46,974 nt of DNA, from positions 1 to 46,974 of IMG/VR virus record IMGVR_UViG_3300038679_000353; one strand, written 5' to 3'. Origin of the DNA: a virus. Lineage: Duplodnaviria > Caudoviricetes. The notes beneath the pieces were generated by a model. It was not told where the DNA came from, did no database searches, and was given only the letters and a program-made list of their open reading frames with translations. Positions 1 through 8,840 of the stretch are shown here, in pieces (position 1 is the stretch's first letter; every line of letters starts with the position of its first letter). A program made the translations under genes and the position numbers.

Positions 1-831
1 ATGGATAATCTGCTAAAAGAAAAGTTAGGCTCCCGTGCACAGAGAGGGAGCAAGCCGCGTTGTCATCGCATAACACAAGGGGCAAATGAAGAGGTAGCGA
101 AGAGGCTCACATCCCTGATTTCACCTTGGGGTGAAGTATCTGAGAATGACAATTGGATGCCGAAGGGTTTCATGAATTTATCTGAAGCTCAGCTCGATAA
201 ATCCAGCTTGATCAATGATTTAGATATCAAAGACAAACTGAAGCACTGGTGGCTCAGCGTATCTCACGCTCGAGCAAGCACCCCAAATCTGGATATTGCG
301 AGCACTTGTAAAATTGGAGGACAGCAGGGTCTGCTGCTTGTTGAGGCGAAAGCTCATAAGGCCGAGTTGGTCAACGAAGGAAAAGGCAAGGATCTCTTTA
401 AGAGTGCTTCAGAAAATAGTATTCAGAACCATAAACGGATCGAAATGTCCATTTTAGAAGCAAGCAACGCTCTCTCCAGAGCAACCAACCTCACCTGGAA
501 TATCTCGGCGCGTTCACACTATCAAATGGCTAATCGATTCACATGGGCTTGGAAACTTGCTCATCTTGGGTTCCCGGTTATACTGGTCTACCTTGGGTTT
601 TTAAATGCAACCGATATGAATTCAGGGGGTAAAGATCGACCAGAAAATCTATTACCGACCCACAAGGTTTGGGAAGACTTGGTCATCGAGCACAGCAAGG
701 ATCTTTTCCCTTCAAGGGTATGGGATTCCTGCTGGAAAGTTGATGGCCAGTCATTTGTCCCACTCATCCGATCGGTCAGTATCCCCTACGACCAAGAAAT
801 TTCACAGTTTGATGTATTTGGAAGGCAGTAG
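1..831 (+). CDS. Hypothetical protein, probable PD-(D/E)XK-fold nuclease (outside the prophage, neighbouring island)
   Basis: 276-aa ORF with NLDIA...LLLVEAKAH (D...ExK) and a downstream HYQMANR motif, reminiscent of DUF6946-like nucleases. Confidence 0.5.
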   Translation: MDNLLKEKLGSRAQRGSKPRCHRITQGANEEVAKRLTSLISPWGEVSENDNWMPKGFMNLSEAQLDKSSLINDLDIKDKLKHWWLSVSHARASTPNLDIASTCKIGGQQGLLLVEAKAHKAELVNEGKGKDLFKSASENSIQNHKRIEMSILEASNALSRATNLTWNISARSHYQMANRFTWAWKLAHLGFPVILVYLGFLNATDMNSGGKDRPENLLPTHKVWEDLVIEHSKDLFPSRVWDSCWKVDGQSFVPLIRSVSIPYDQEISQFDVFGRQ

Positions 832-958
832 CCGACTTGTTCAGTTTTAAGCCCCTAGATTCCTGAATGAAAAAATCCCTTGTCTCGAAGTACGTAGAAA
901 GCATTCCGCGATACGCCAGCCTCAATAACCTGACTCATCCTGAGATAGCCACAATTAG

Positions 959-1201
959 CTAGTCGTTCTTGATCCATGACAGAATATCTTCAAGCTTGAA
1001 GGCTGTGGCGATCGGAGTTGTCTCTTTGGTCCTCGAACCATGAGGGATTCCCTTGAGAAGCCACTTGGCTACTTCGAGATTGGCTTCATCTTCATTCCGC
1101 TTGTGTGTGCTACGAGCTTCAAGAATCTTGCCGTTGGTTGGATTTACCAGCTTCGCGTAATAGGTGGAACCGCGCTTGTACAGGTAATACCGGCGAGACA
1201 T
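959..1201 (-). pseudogene. Truncated N-terminal fragment of a tyrosine integrase
   Basis: YKRGSTYYAKLVNPTNGKILEARSTHKRNEDEA aligns by eye with the N-terminus of the full integrase at 45622-46974 (YPRNGVYYVQFRDPVTGIRGEQRSTRKKTLSEA). It has a GGAGG-type RBS, stops after 80 aa, and lies directly downstream of the att core. Confidence 0.7.
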
Positions 1202-1217
1202 ACTCCCTCCCCTAAGA

Positions 1218-1241
1218 CTTTTCTACAGTCTTTTCTACAGT
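1218..1241. repeat. Tandem 12-bp direct repeat, candidate integrase arm-type sites
   Basis: CTTTTCTACAGT x2 between the att core and the integrase fragment. Confidence 0.5.
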
Positions 1242-1311
1242 GGGGAAGTAAGTTGTCACTCCTGAATTAAGGGTGCTCTCGAGATCCCTTATAATATAAA
1301 GCAATACGTTA

Positions 1312-1353
1312 TGGGCCCTGCTGGACTTGAACCAGCGACCTACGGATTATGAG
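1312..1353 (-). other. Prophage att core: duplicated 3' half of a tRNA with CAT anticodon (Ile2/Met), not a complete tRNA
   Basis: Minus strand reads CTCATAA-TCCGT-AGGTC-GCTGG-TTCAAGT-CCAGC-AGGGCCC-A (anticodon loop, variable loop, T-arm, acceptor 3' strand). The 5' half and the 5' anticodon-stem strand are absent, consistent with crossover in the anticodon loop. Confidence 0.85.
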
Positions 1354-1479
1354 CCGATCTTAGCCATCTTTATGAGGTGTCTGCAAGATTCAGTGTATAT
1401 CATATTCTCATATATTGCAAGTAGTTATCTGTATAGGGCTGTATACAGCTGTATTGTGCGTCCATACAGCTGACACTTG

Positions 1480-1580
1480 CTGCTGACAGTTGGTGCTGAC
1501 AGTATTTTGAACCAACGACCTACAGAGTGTTTTTAGAAGCATCTCACTATCCATAAGGTGTCAGCACCAACTGTCAGCAG
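1480..1580. repeat. Perfect 22-bp inverted repeat near att, enclosing a degenerate att-core copy
   Basis: CTGCTGACAGTTGGTGCTGACA (1480-1501) and its reverse complement (1559-1580); each arm holds two TGCTGACA units; 1507-1526 matches 1327-1346 at 18/20. Confidence 0.8.
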
Positions 1581-1603
1581 ACGGTAAATGCTCACAAGAA
1601 TAG

Positions 1604-2050
1604 TCACACGACTGTCTTTTCTTTAGAAGCTTCTGTCAGTTTTGCCTTGTAGCAATCAATGAGATCATGAAGCTCTGCGCTCGAAATGTCTTTGCTACCC
1701 CCTGTCGCAATGCTGTAGTAGTGATCCAGTCCTTTGATCCCGTACCGCCTAATCATCTCAATTGTGTACTGGATCAAGGCTCCATGCTGGTACTTATTAC
1801 ACCGAATGCACTGACCATTGATGTTCCACTCAGAGAACCGAACAGCAGGATAGGTCCCTGCCGGGAAGAAGTGTCCTGCTGTAGAATCTTTGAAGGCAAG
1901 CCGTTCACCACATGTGACACACTTCACCCACCATTGACCTTCCTCGAAATAAGCATCCCTGATACGGATATACTTATGGAGAACCACCTTCAACTTCCTT
2001 TTAAGGCTGGCTTTCGTCTCAGGCTTTTTAGTCTTAGAAAGTTTGTTCAC
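1604..2050 (-). CDS. ninG: NinG/Rap-family recombination endonuclease
   Basis: YIRIRDA...CVTCG...AGHF...RFSEWNINGQCIRCN signature. Confidence 0.85.
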   Translation of the reverse strand: MNKLSKTKKPETKASLKRKLKVVLHKYIRIRDAYFEEGQWWVKCVTCGERLAFKDSTAGHFFPAGTYPAVRFSEWNINGQCIRCNKYQHGALIQYTIEMIRRYGIKGLDHYYSIATGGSKDISSAELHDLIDCYKAKLTEASKEKTVV

Positions 2051-2942
2051 GAGACATGTTCTCCGCAGCTATCATCGCAGGTCTTGATTTCAGCTTCTTC
2101 ATCAACATTTCCTGCAAGTTGATAGCCCCAGCATTCACAAGCGTTCCTGCCACGTATTCACGTTTCCAATCCTCAACCTCCTTGGATTTCTTAGAATCGT
2201 TGAGCCAAAAACCACACTTCTTGCATGCACTGATATAACCATTCTCTTCGACAAGACCGCACACGGGACACACCCGGCTTTCAACGGTTTGCGCTGCCGC
2301 AGAAAACGCTTTCGCCTTTTCCTCCTTGAACTCCTTCCACCGTTGCGACGGTCCCAGGAACGTGGAGGGCATAAGGGTGTACTGTGCATCCTCGCCCTCC
2401 CTGCTTTTAGCGTAGTTTCGTGCCGATCTCATCATTTCAGAGGCAAGGCACATGTTCTTCACGTTGATTACGAATTGCTCATAGGCTTTGACCTTGCCTT
2501 CCTTGCGGGGATAGGCAGCCCAGAACTCTTCGAAGTCTCCTGGGTATTCCTTCTCCCCTCCTCGCTTCACAGTATCGATAATTCTCTCATTCACTTTCCG
2601 TTTCTTGAATGGCATGGCATCGAGGGATTGCCCATGCCGCCTATTCAACTCATCACACCAGAACCATTCTCCCTCCTCCTGGAAAAGGTCGGCTTCCAAT
2701 GCTGATGCAATGAAAGCCTTCACCTTATCCGGGGTAGAGAAGCATTGATGGGCGATACCTTTTATCTGCGATCGCGACAGCCTGTGTTCAGGAGCGTCTC
2801 CCAGCATTTCGAAGAGAAGCCACATGAGCCCATAGTATTCAGGACCACCATCGAGAAGCGGACCCTGGAACTCCATCGAAATCCGGTCATTGAGGTAGTG
2901 TGCAATATAGATACCGCTTCCCATACTGAGTACTCCCCTCAA
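2034..2942 (-). CDS. Phage replication initiator / replisome organiser
   Basis: N-terminal YGLMWLLFEML helical domain, FEEFWAAYPRKEGKVKAYEQF and PSTFL motifs, C-terminal CPVC/CKKC zinc ribbon; start may be the ATG at 2924. Confidence 0.7.
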   Translation of the reverse strand: MRGVLSMGSGIYIAHYLNDRISMEFQGPLLDGGPEYYGLMWLLFEMLGDAPEHRLSRSQIKGIAHQCFSTPDKVKAFIASALEADLFQEEGEWFWCDELNRRHGQSLDAMPFKKRKVNERIIDTVKRGGEKEYPGDFEEFWAAYPRKEGKVKAYEQFVINVKNMCLASEMMRSARNYAKSREGEDAQYTLMPSTFLGPSQRWKEFKEEKAKAFSAAAQTVESRVCPVCGLVEENGYISACKKCGFWLNDSKKSKEVEDWKREYVAGTLVNAGAINLQEMLMKKLKSRPAMIAAENMSREQTF

Positions 2943-3430
2943 CTTACCTTGAGATATTCGTTTGGAACCAACGCTGCACCCGCGACTTCACCACCACCAG
3001 AGAGGATTTCAAATATCCTTCCCTTATCCGGGTTTCTCGTTTCCTTCCTTACAATGTAGTCAGCAGGGATGATCGTTTCGTCGGTGATGAGTACTGAGGG
3101 TTTCGCATTGACCCGCATGAGCTTGAATATCCCGGCCTGGACCACCTTTGTATCCGTCATCTGCATATTCTGGCGAAGGTATTCCTTGAGCCATTCAACT
3201 TTCTTTTCCTTCGCTTTACGTGCCTTATAGAGCCGTTCTTCCTCAAGCTTGAATGTAGATACTTCCCCTTCGGTCATCTTCACGATCTTCATCACACCCT
3301 CTGCCTTGTCTTCGAATCGGGTTTCCACTTCCTCAAGGAGTTGAATCATCGCATCGGCATCCTCAGAGCTTTCGATGTCCATCTCAAGAACTGTCCGGTA
3401 ATCGTTCGCAATCTCATAAAGCTTTGCCAT
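2939..3430 (-). CDS. Siphovirus Gp157-family protein
   Basis: MAKLYEIAND start, coiled coil with EEERL and LKEYL, PSVLITDETIIPADY, DK...GGEVAGA C-terminus. Confidence 0.85.
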   Translation of the reverse strand: MAKLYEIANDYRTVLEMDIESSEDADAMIQLLEEVETRFEDKAEGVMKIVKMTEGEVSTFKLEEERLYKARKAKEKKVEWLKEYLRQNMQMTDTKVVQAGIFKLMRVNAKPSVLITDETIIPADYIVRKETRNPDKGRIFEILSGGGEVAGAALVPNEYLKVS

Positions 3431-3627
3431 TAGTGGGTCTCCTTTGTGGGTACTTCGCAGTTGCTAAGGAACTTCTTCACATCTTCCGGGGTTAGAACGA
3501 CCCGTGAGCCGATCTTGTGATGCGGCAAGTTTCCTGCTCTTTTTATTCTATTGATTGTTGATACGGAGACTCCGGCTAATGCCGCAAGCTCCTTCACGCC
3601 GATTACCTTTCGTTCGATGTCACTCAT
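3430..3627 (-). CDS. Excisionase-like HTH DNA-binding protein
   Basis: 65 aa, VKELAALAGVSVSTINR...GNLPHHKIGSRV. Confidence 0.75.
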   Translation of the reverse strand: MSDIERKVIGVKELAALAGVSVSTINRIKRAGNLPHHKIGSRVVLTPEDVKKFLSNCEVPTKETH

Positions 3628-3650
3628 GTTTCACTCGATAGGGAAAAGAT

Positions 3651-3672
3651 AGGCGCTCGCCAAGGAACGCCT
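3651..3672 (-). terminator. Possible intrinsic terminator/attenuator between ssb and the xis-like gene
   Basis: Minus strand AGGCGTTC...GAGCGCCT stem followed by ATCTTTT. Confidence 0.35.
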
Positions 3673-3683
3673 TTAGAGGTGCA

Positions 3684-4193
3684 CTAAAAGGGAATGTCGT
3701 CATCGAAATCATCACCAAGAGCTTTCTGGACATTGGGTTTCTGCGTCATGCCGATGCTTGCCTGTGTTCTGTCGTTCTTCGAGCCGAATAAAGCAGCAAT
3801 CTGCATTTCTTCGGGGCTTTTCCGTATGTTTGGAATCAAGGGTATGTCATTGGGGCTTATGGGCTCACCTTCGGGCTTCCGAGAGTCTAAAAGACTTACA
3901 TCGGCGACATCGACCCGGTAGCGTACTTTCTTCGAGCCGTCATTGCTTGTCCACGATTCTTGTTTCAAGGTGCCATGAACACACACCTTAGAGCCGCGTT
4001 TCAGGTATTCCGAAAGCTTTAATCCGCGCTCTCCCCAAAGCTGGCAATCCATGAACAAGGCTGGGTCTTCTCGGTTCCAGGAAGGGTTTGATGCCACCGT
4101 GAACTGCGTAACCGACTTTCCCGACGGCACGGTTTTTACTTCCGCATCGCGGGTAAGCCGTCCGATTCCGGTATAGAGACTCAAGTCAGCCAT
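3684..4193 (-). CDS. ssb: Single-stranded DNA-binding protein
   Basis: GRLTRDAE, LWGERG, LKRGSKVCVHGTL, acidic DDDIPF tail; start set to ATG 4193 (AGGAGG RBS, overlaps upstream TGA). Confidence 0.92.
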   Translation of the reverse strand: MADLSLYTGIGRLTRDAEVKTVPSGKSVTQFTVASNPSWNREDPALFMDCQLWGERGLKLSEYLKRGSKVCVHGTLKQESWTSNDGSKKVRYRVDVADVSLLDSRKPEGEPISPNDIPLIPNIRKSPEEMQIAALFGSKNDRTQASIGMTQKPNVQKALGDDFDDDIPF

Positions 4194-5101
4194 CAGGCTA
4201 CCTCCTCTGTATTGTAATCTACTACATCTGTAGTGTTCTGGATAATAGTGAGGATCTTCATGTTCAGCCTGGAAAACCACTCTGCCGTATGGTCTTTCTT
4301 AATCTCGGCTTCTGCAAAGTCTCTGATGGCTTGTTCAATTCGATCTGCATATTTCGTTAGGGTATCCTTGATCTCGATGACTTCAGGCATCGCTTCAAGC
4401 TTCTTCTGCAAGGCGATAGCTTCATCTACCCCGGTATTGAGCCAGGCTACAAGCTCCTTGCCGAACTCCACGCCAGGCTTCGTCAATAGCTTGTCCTGAA
4501 ACATTCCCGTGCGGTCCTTGATGACATTCGCGATATGCTCGGTTGATAGCTCCAAGAGCATATCAAACTCGTACTCGATGCCCTTCCCCTGTTCAGGAGC
4601 CAATCCTACCCGTACAGGCCTGGACTTGCCCCTGTCATCCTGGGTGGTCTGCCATTCGGTCTTGCTCCGCATCGTCGCCATGATGTGGCAGGGACAGGAG
4701 AGAATTGCGTTGACTAAGGATCGTTGCTTGGGTGTCCCTTCCGACCACGCCGACCAGGTATTGCCCCGGTACTTGGCATTTGCAAGCTTCTCCACTTCTT
4801 CCAGAAGGTCCTGCCAGGCATGCGTCAGAGAATCAATAATGAGGACAGAATACCCCGATTCTCCTGCCTCTGCGATGAACTGGACATATTCATCAATAGA
4901 CTTTTTCTCCAGGTCAACGACATCGAACTCAAACTTGTCGGCGTACTTCGATGCCGATCCGCGCTCCGAGTCGATGACGGCAACCTTCCCGCCAATGCCT
5001 TTTGCAATCGAAAGTGCCGAATATGTCTTCCCGGCTCCCGATGGTCCGAAAAGGGCGCATCTTAGCTTTGACTTGCTCTTTACCGCTTTCTGAAAACCCA
5101 T
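4193..5101 (-). CDS. AAA_24 / Sak4-like phage recombination ATPase
   Basis: Walker A GPSGAGKT, IDSERGS, Walker B LIIDSLTHAW, EYEFD, KDRT; next to ssb and gp157. Confidence 0.85.
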   Translation of the reverse strand: MGFQKAVKSKSKLRCALFGPSGAGKTYSALSIAKGIGGKVAVIDSERGSASKYADKFEFDVVDLEKKSIDEYVQFIAEAGESGYSVLIIDSLTHAWQDLLEEVEKLANAKYRGNTWSAWSEGTPKQRSLVNAILSCPCHIMATMRSKTEWQTTQDDRGKSRPVRVGLAPEQGKGIEYEFDMLLELSTEHIANVIKDRTGMFQDKLLTKPGVEFGKELVAWLNTGVDEAIALQKKLEAMPEVIEIKDTLTKYADRIEQAIRDFAEAEIKKDHTAEWFSRLNMKILTIIQNTTDVVDYNTEEVA

Positions 5102-5114
5102 CTTTCATCCTCCC

Positions 5115-5372
5115 CTAGTGTTGTGCCACAGCGGCCTTTTCCATAGGTCCCTTGTGGTAGTTCTTGTGAAGCGCGGTGTCATCCATAGTGATCCATTCCC
5201 GCACCGTCTCAGGCCGCCATGCCCTGCGACCATTCAAGATTCCATCCTCCTTTCCCCCATTGGGCTGTTTCCAGGCATCCTTCGGCCTGGCGATCGAGTT
5301 GTACTTCACCCCTTTCATGCGGCATGCTTCCGGCAGGTAAATCCATGCTTCCGGCCATTCAACCTTCTTCAT
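5115..5372 (-). CDS. Small putative winged-HTH DNA-binding protein
   Basis: LPEACRMKGVKYNSI...GRRAWRPETVREW resembles the AlpA/Xis fold. Confidence 0.5.
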   Translation of the reverse strand: MKKVEWPEAWIYLPEACRMKGVKYNSIARPKDAWKQPNGGKEDGILNGRRAWRPETVREWITMDDTALHKNYHKGPMEKAAVAQH

Positions 5373-5559
5373 AGGGAACCACCTTTAAATTTCCGTTCTC
5401 CAGGTACAGCGCTACTTCAACGCCTCCTTCCATTTCCATAGCCCTCATGAACACCTCCGGTATCTTTAGGGTGTATTTGAGCTTTCCATTTACATTCGTC
5501 CGCATAATTTTTGCGTCGCTAAGCCACATGCTATTCACCGTTGTATCTCCTAGGTACAC
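5359..5559 (-). CDS. AbrB/MazE-like small regulator, in the Cro position divergent from the repressor
   Basis: YTLKIPEVFMRAMEMEGGVEVALYLENGNLKVVP pattern; start uncertain (ATG 5529 possible). Confidence 0.55.
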   Translation of the reverse strand: MYLGDTTVNSMWLSDAKIMRTNVNGKLKYTLKIPEVFMRAMEMEGGVEVALYLENGNLKVVPYEEG

Positions 5560-5722
5560 GTTTGTATAGTATCAACGAACGGAATACAAGGCGTTTTTAG
5601 AATAATTCGGATTGATTTGTTGGAATTGCTATATCCATATATAGCAAGGTACTTTAGCAATTTATGGCGTTATTCTTGATACATTTTCAGTATTCTTATG
5701 AGCTATAAACACATCATCTGTA

Positions 5723-5751
5723 TTGACAACACACTACACATGTAGTATATG
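5723..5751 (+). promoter_or_regulatory. Repressor promoter with palindromic operator in the spacer
   Basis: TTGACA at 5723-5728; ACTACA-CA-TGTAGT at 5733-5746; -10 element non-consensus. Confidence 0.55.
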
Positions 5752-5791
5752 TAATACACTACTTTTACAAAAGTTTTGACAAGGAGTCTGT

Positions 5792-6154
5792 ATGGCTAAA
5801 GACAAAGAGCTTAACCCGTACTTGAAGAACCTGGACGTTGCACTCAAACGTATCGGGAAAACAAGGACATGGCTTGCCCAGGAATGCGGGCTGTCACCTG
5901 CCACGATTGGGAACCTATTTTCGCGGAACTCCTACCCTTCTGTAAATACCGCCTGGACGATTTCTACCGTTTTAGGCTATCCAATTGAAGAAATGCTGAA
6001 AGGGGATATAAAGACTTTCCAGCCCGTGGGGAAATCCAAACGCGAGCTTATGGCGACGAAAGTCTTGGGCATGTGCAAGGAGCTTGACGAGAGTGAGCTT
6101 GAAGGCTTCCTGCCTGTAATGAGGGGAATCGTTGATCTCAGACGGCTTGCATAG
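5792..6154 (+). CDS. XRE-family HTH repressor (CI-like, no peptidase domain)
   Basis: TRTWLAQECGLSPATIGNLFSRNSYPSVNTAWTISTVLG; AAGGAG RBS; divergent from the early operon. Confidence 0.85.
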   Translation: MAKDKELNPYLKNLDVALKRIGKTRTWLAQECGLSPATIGNLFSRNSYPSVNTAWTISTVLGYPIEEMLKGDIKTFQPVGKSKRELMATKVLGMCKELDESELEGFLPVMRGIVDLRRLA

Positions 6155-6208
6155 TACCTTTCGCCTGGAATTTTTGGCATAGCCCTCCAATAGCTCCTCT
6201 AGTGTGTT

Positions 6209-6242
6209 GCCCTCCGGTCCGTCCAACTGGAGGGTTACTTTT
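6209..6242 (+). terminator. Probable intrinsic terminator after the repressor
   Basis: GCCCTCCGG...CTGGAGGGT stem followed by TACTTTT. Confidence 0.5.
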
Positions 6243-6331
6243 ATGCAAAACACTTTTACCTACCTAACCACTACTAAAGCCATGCCATTTATTATAAGCT
6301 ACTTGGGAAGGTCTTCACTAAGGAATTATTC

Positions 6332-7432
6332 ATGAGCGAAAGCTTAAAATATACAAGGCACCTTCCTACATTTCTGGAATTCTTTGCGGGAAGCGGCCTC
6401 GTTGCCGAGGGATTGAAAGGCTACTTTAAAGCAGCTTGGGCTAATGATATAAGCGAACGGAAAGCGGCAGTTTACTATGCAAATCAAGGGAAAAGGCATT
6501 TTGTTCTTGGTTCAATTGCTGATATAAAAGGCAAGGATTTACCCGAAGCTCCATTAGCTTGGGCATCTTTTCCCTGCCAAGACTTATCTCTTGCAGGATT
6601 ATCTAAAGGCATTCACGGATCACGAAGCGGTCTAGTATGGGAGTGGCTACGAGTAATAGATGAAATGCCTATTCGCCCCCCGGTCCTAGTTGCAGAAAAT
6701 GTCTCAGGCTTAGTCTCTGCGGCAAAAGGTGAACACTACAGAACATTACATAATGCTTTAACTGAACGCGGATATAATTGTGGTGCAATTTTGCTTGATG
6801 CCGCTCGATGGATTCCTCAATCAAGACCAAGGATATTTATTATAGCTGTTGACGCAAAAATAACTATCCCTAAAACCTTAATACGCGATAATCCCGGCTG
6901 GCTCCAGGGAGATTCAATTCCCAAAGCAGCCATCGGACTCAAGAACTATATTTGGTGGAATATGCCTGAACCATCATCAAGAAAAAAACAGCTAAAAGAT
7001 ATTATTGAATGGGATGCACCATTTGCATCTGGAGAATATGAATCTCATAATATCTCATTAATCGCCCCGCATCATGCTGAAGTTTTAAAAAAAATTCCTG
7101 AAAGTGAAACTCCATTTGTTGTGCCTGGATATAAGCGAACTCGAAATGGCAAGCAAGTTCTTGAATTAAGGTTTGATAATACTGCTGGCTGTTTGCGTAC
7201 TCCCGGTGGGGGAAGTAGTAAACAACAGCTAATATTTAAATATAATAATAACCTCAGAATTCGCTTACTTACGGTTCGCGAGGCTGCCCGACTAATGGGA
7301 GCCCCTGATAAATATCTGCTTCCTGGCAATTATAATGATGGATATATGGCTATGGGGGATGCTGTCGCGGTCCCTGTAGTAAAATGGCTTGCAAAGTACT
7401 TACTTGATCCATTGGTGGGGAAAAATGGTTGA
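6332..7432 (+). CDS. DNA (cytosine-5)-methyltransferase
   Basis: Motifs I FFAGSG, IV FPCQDLS, VI ENV, VIII PQSRPRIF, IX/X LTVREAARLMG...MGDAV. Confidence 0.95.
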   Translation: MSESLKYTRHLPTFLEFFAGSGLVAEGLKGYFKAAWANDISERKAAVYYANQGKRHFVLGSIADIKGKDLPEAPLAWASFPCQDLSLAGLSKGIHGSRSGLVWEWLRVIDEMPIRPPVLVAENVSGLVSAAKGEHYRTLHNALTERGYNCGAILLDAARWIPQSRPRIFIIAVDAKITIPKTLIRDNPGWLQGDSIPKAAIGLKNYIWWNMPEPSSRKKQLKDIIEWDAPFASGEYESHNISLIAPHHAEVLKKIPESETPFVVPGYKRTRNGKQVLELRFDNTAGCLRTPGGGSSKQQLIFKYNNNLRIRLLTVREAARLMGAPDKYLLPGNYNDGYMAMGDAVAVPVVKWLAKYLLDPLVGKNG

Positions 7433-8360
7433 AAATAAACTCACTCTTCGTCTTTCTGCTTTCCAAACTGAAAATAAAATTGTAAACAAAGGAGCGCTGT
7501 CAGTCGTTTTACATGTTAGCCGGTATGCAAAAAAAAATGGATTACCCTTAGTGCCTGAGAACCTCATCACAGAGGGATCAGGTCAAGTATTATATCTTGG
7601 GAAAGCCTCTGTGCAAGGAGTATTGAAGGACTACGGTATAACGCAAGTCCTAGCTGAGGAAGGAGGGCGCACTAGTCGTGGAAGCATTGGGTATATGTTT
7701 ACGTATGTGGCCTTTTTAAACCAACTACAGATTGAAGGAATCGCTGACCTTGCTAAAATTGAAGCGTGGTGGGTTGATCGTGTTCGAGAGTATTTCTTAT
7801 CAAAGCCATTCCACTTAAAATTTGACGCTTCTAAAGGCTTGCAAGCAGTTATCCAAGATCTTTTTCTACAAGCAAAAAAGCGTCAACAACAGGCGACGGG
7901 AACCATGTACCAAGGAGCAATGCTGCAGCACCTTGTAGGTGCAAAGCTAGAATTAGCTCTTCCTGGGCTACAGATTCAACAAAATGGATCTTCTGTTGCT
8001 GATGCGGTTAGTGATAGAAGCGGGGATTTTGTAATCGACGATACAGTTATCCATACGACTACGGCTCCTGGTGAAGCTCTTCTTAGGAAATGTAAAATAA
8101 ATCTTGAATCAGGAAAGAAACCTATTATCATAACCTTGGGAGATGGAATAGCTACAGCAAAAGGGTTGGCCTCATATATCGATTTAACTGGTAGAGTGGA
8201 TATTTTAGACGCTGAACAATTTATTGCTGCTAATATACACGAACTTTCCCTTTTTAGCGCATCTGAGCGTCTGCCAACTATAGAAAAGCTAATAGAAGCC
8301 TATAATCGCATTATTGATGAAAATGAAACTGATCCAAGCTTAAAAATAGAACTTGGCTAA
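7425..8360 (+). CDS. DUF4928-like protein, probable restriction endonuclease partner of the MTase
   Basis: EGGRTSRGS, QHLVGAKL, SVADAVSDRSGDF, HTTTAPGEAL; lies between MTase and vsr; start set to ATG 7425 overlapping the MTase end. Confidence 0.7.
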   Translation: MVENKLTLRLSAFQTENKIVNKGALSVVLHVSRYAKKNGLPLVPENLITEGSGQVLYLGKASVQGVLKDYGITQVLAEEGGRTSRGSIGYMFTYVAFLNQLQIEGIADLAKIEAWWVDRVREYFLSKPFHLKFDASKGLQAVIQDLFLQAKKRQQQATGTMYQGAMLQHLVGAKLELALPGLQIQQNGSSVADAVSDRSGDFVIDDTVIHTTTAPGEALLRKCKINLESGKKPIIITLGDGIATAKGLASYIDLTGRVDILDAEQFIAANIHELSLFSASERLPTIEKLIEAYNRIIDENETDPSLKIELG

Positions 8361-8366
8361 TATACA

Positions 8367-8783
8367 GTGGATAACCTGACACCTGCGCAAAGACATAAGG
8401 CGATGAAGAATGTTAAAGCTATAGGTACAAATCCGGAGTTAGCTATAAGAAAGTTATTATGTTCAATCGGCGAGAAAGGCTATCGGCTAAATAGAAAAGA
8501 TATATCCGGGAAACCTGATATCGCATTTATTAAAAGAAGGAAAGCGATTTTTATTCACGGCTGTTTTTGGCATGGGCATAATTGTCCCCTTGGACAAAAA
8601 ATTCCAGCTACCAACCGTGAATATTGGATTCTTAAAATCAAAAGAAATCGAGAACGCGACATGAAGGTTCTTGCAACATTAGCAAAATCAGGTTGGAACA
8701 TTTTAATTATTTGGGAATGTGAAATAAAAGAACTCAGTAAGATCAAAATTTCATTACAACTATTTCTTAGAAGAACCGTATAA
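8367..8783 (+). CDS. vsr: Very-short-patch repair endonuclease
   Basis: T.PE, GKPDI, FIHGCFWHGH, RNRERD, IWEC motifs. Confidence 0.95.
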   Translation: MDNLTPAQRHKAMKNVKAIGTNPELAIRKLLCSIGEKGYRLNRKDISGKPDIAFIKRRKAIFIHGCFWHGHNCPLGQKIPATNREYWILKIKRNRERDMKVLATLAKSGWNILIIWECEIKELSKIKISLQLFLRRTV

Positions 8784-8840
8784 CGATTTAATGTGCTATA
8801 AGAAGCCGAATGAATTATTTAGTATTATAATTATTCATGA

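Noticed and set aside
1312-1385. Complete tRNA gene
   Set aside because: Only the anticodon loop to acceptor 3' strand is present; there is no D-arm or matching 5' stems, so it is treated as an att duplication
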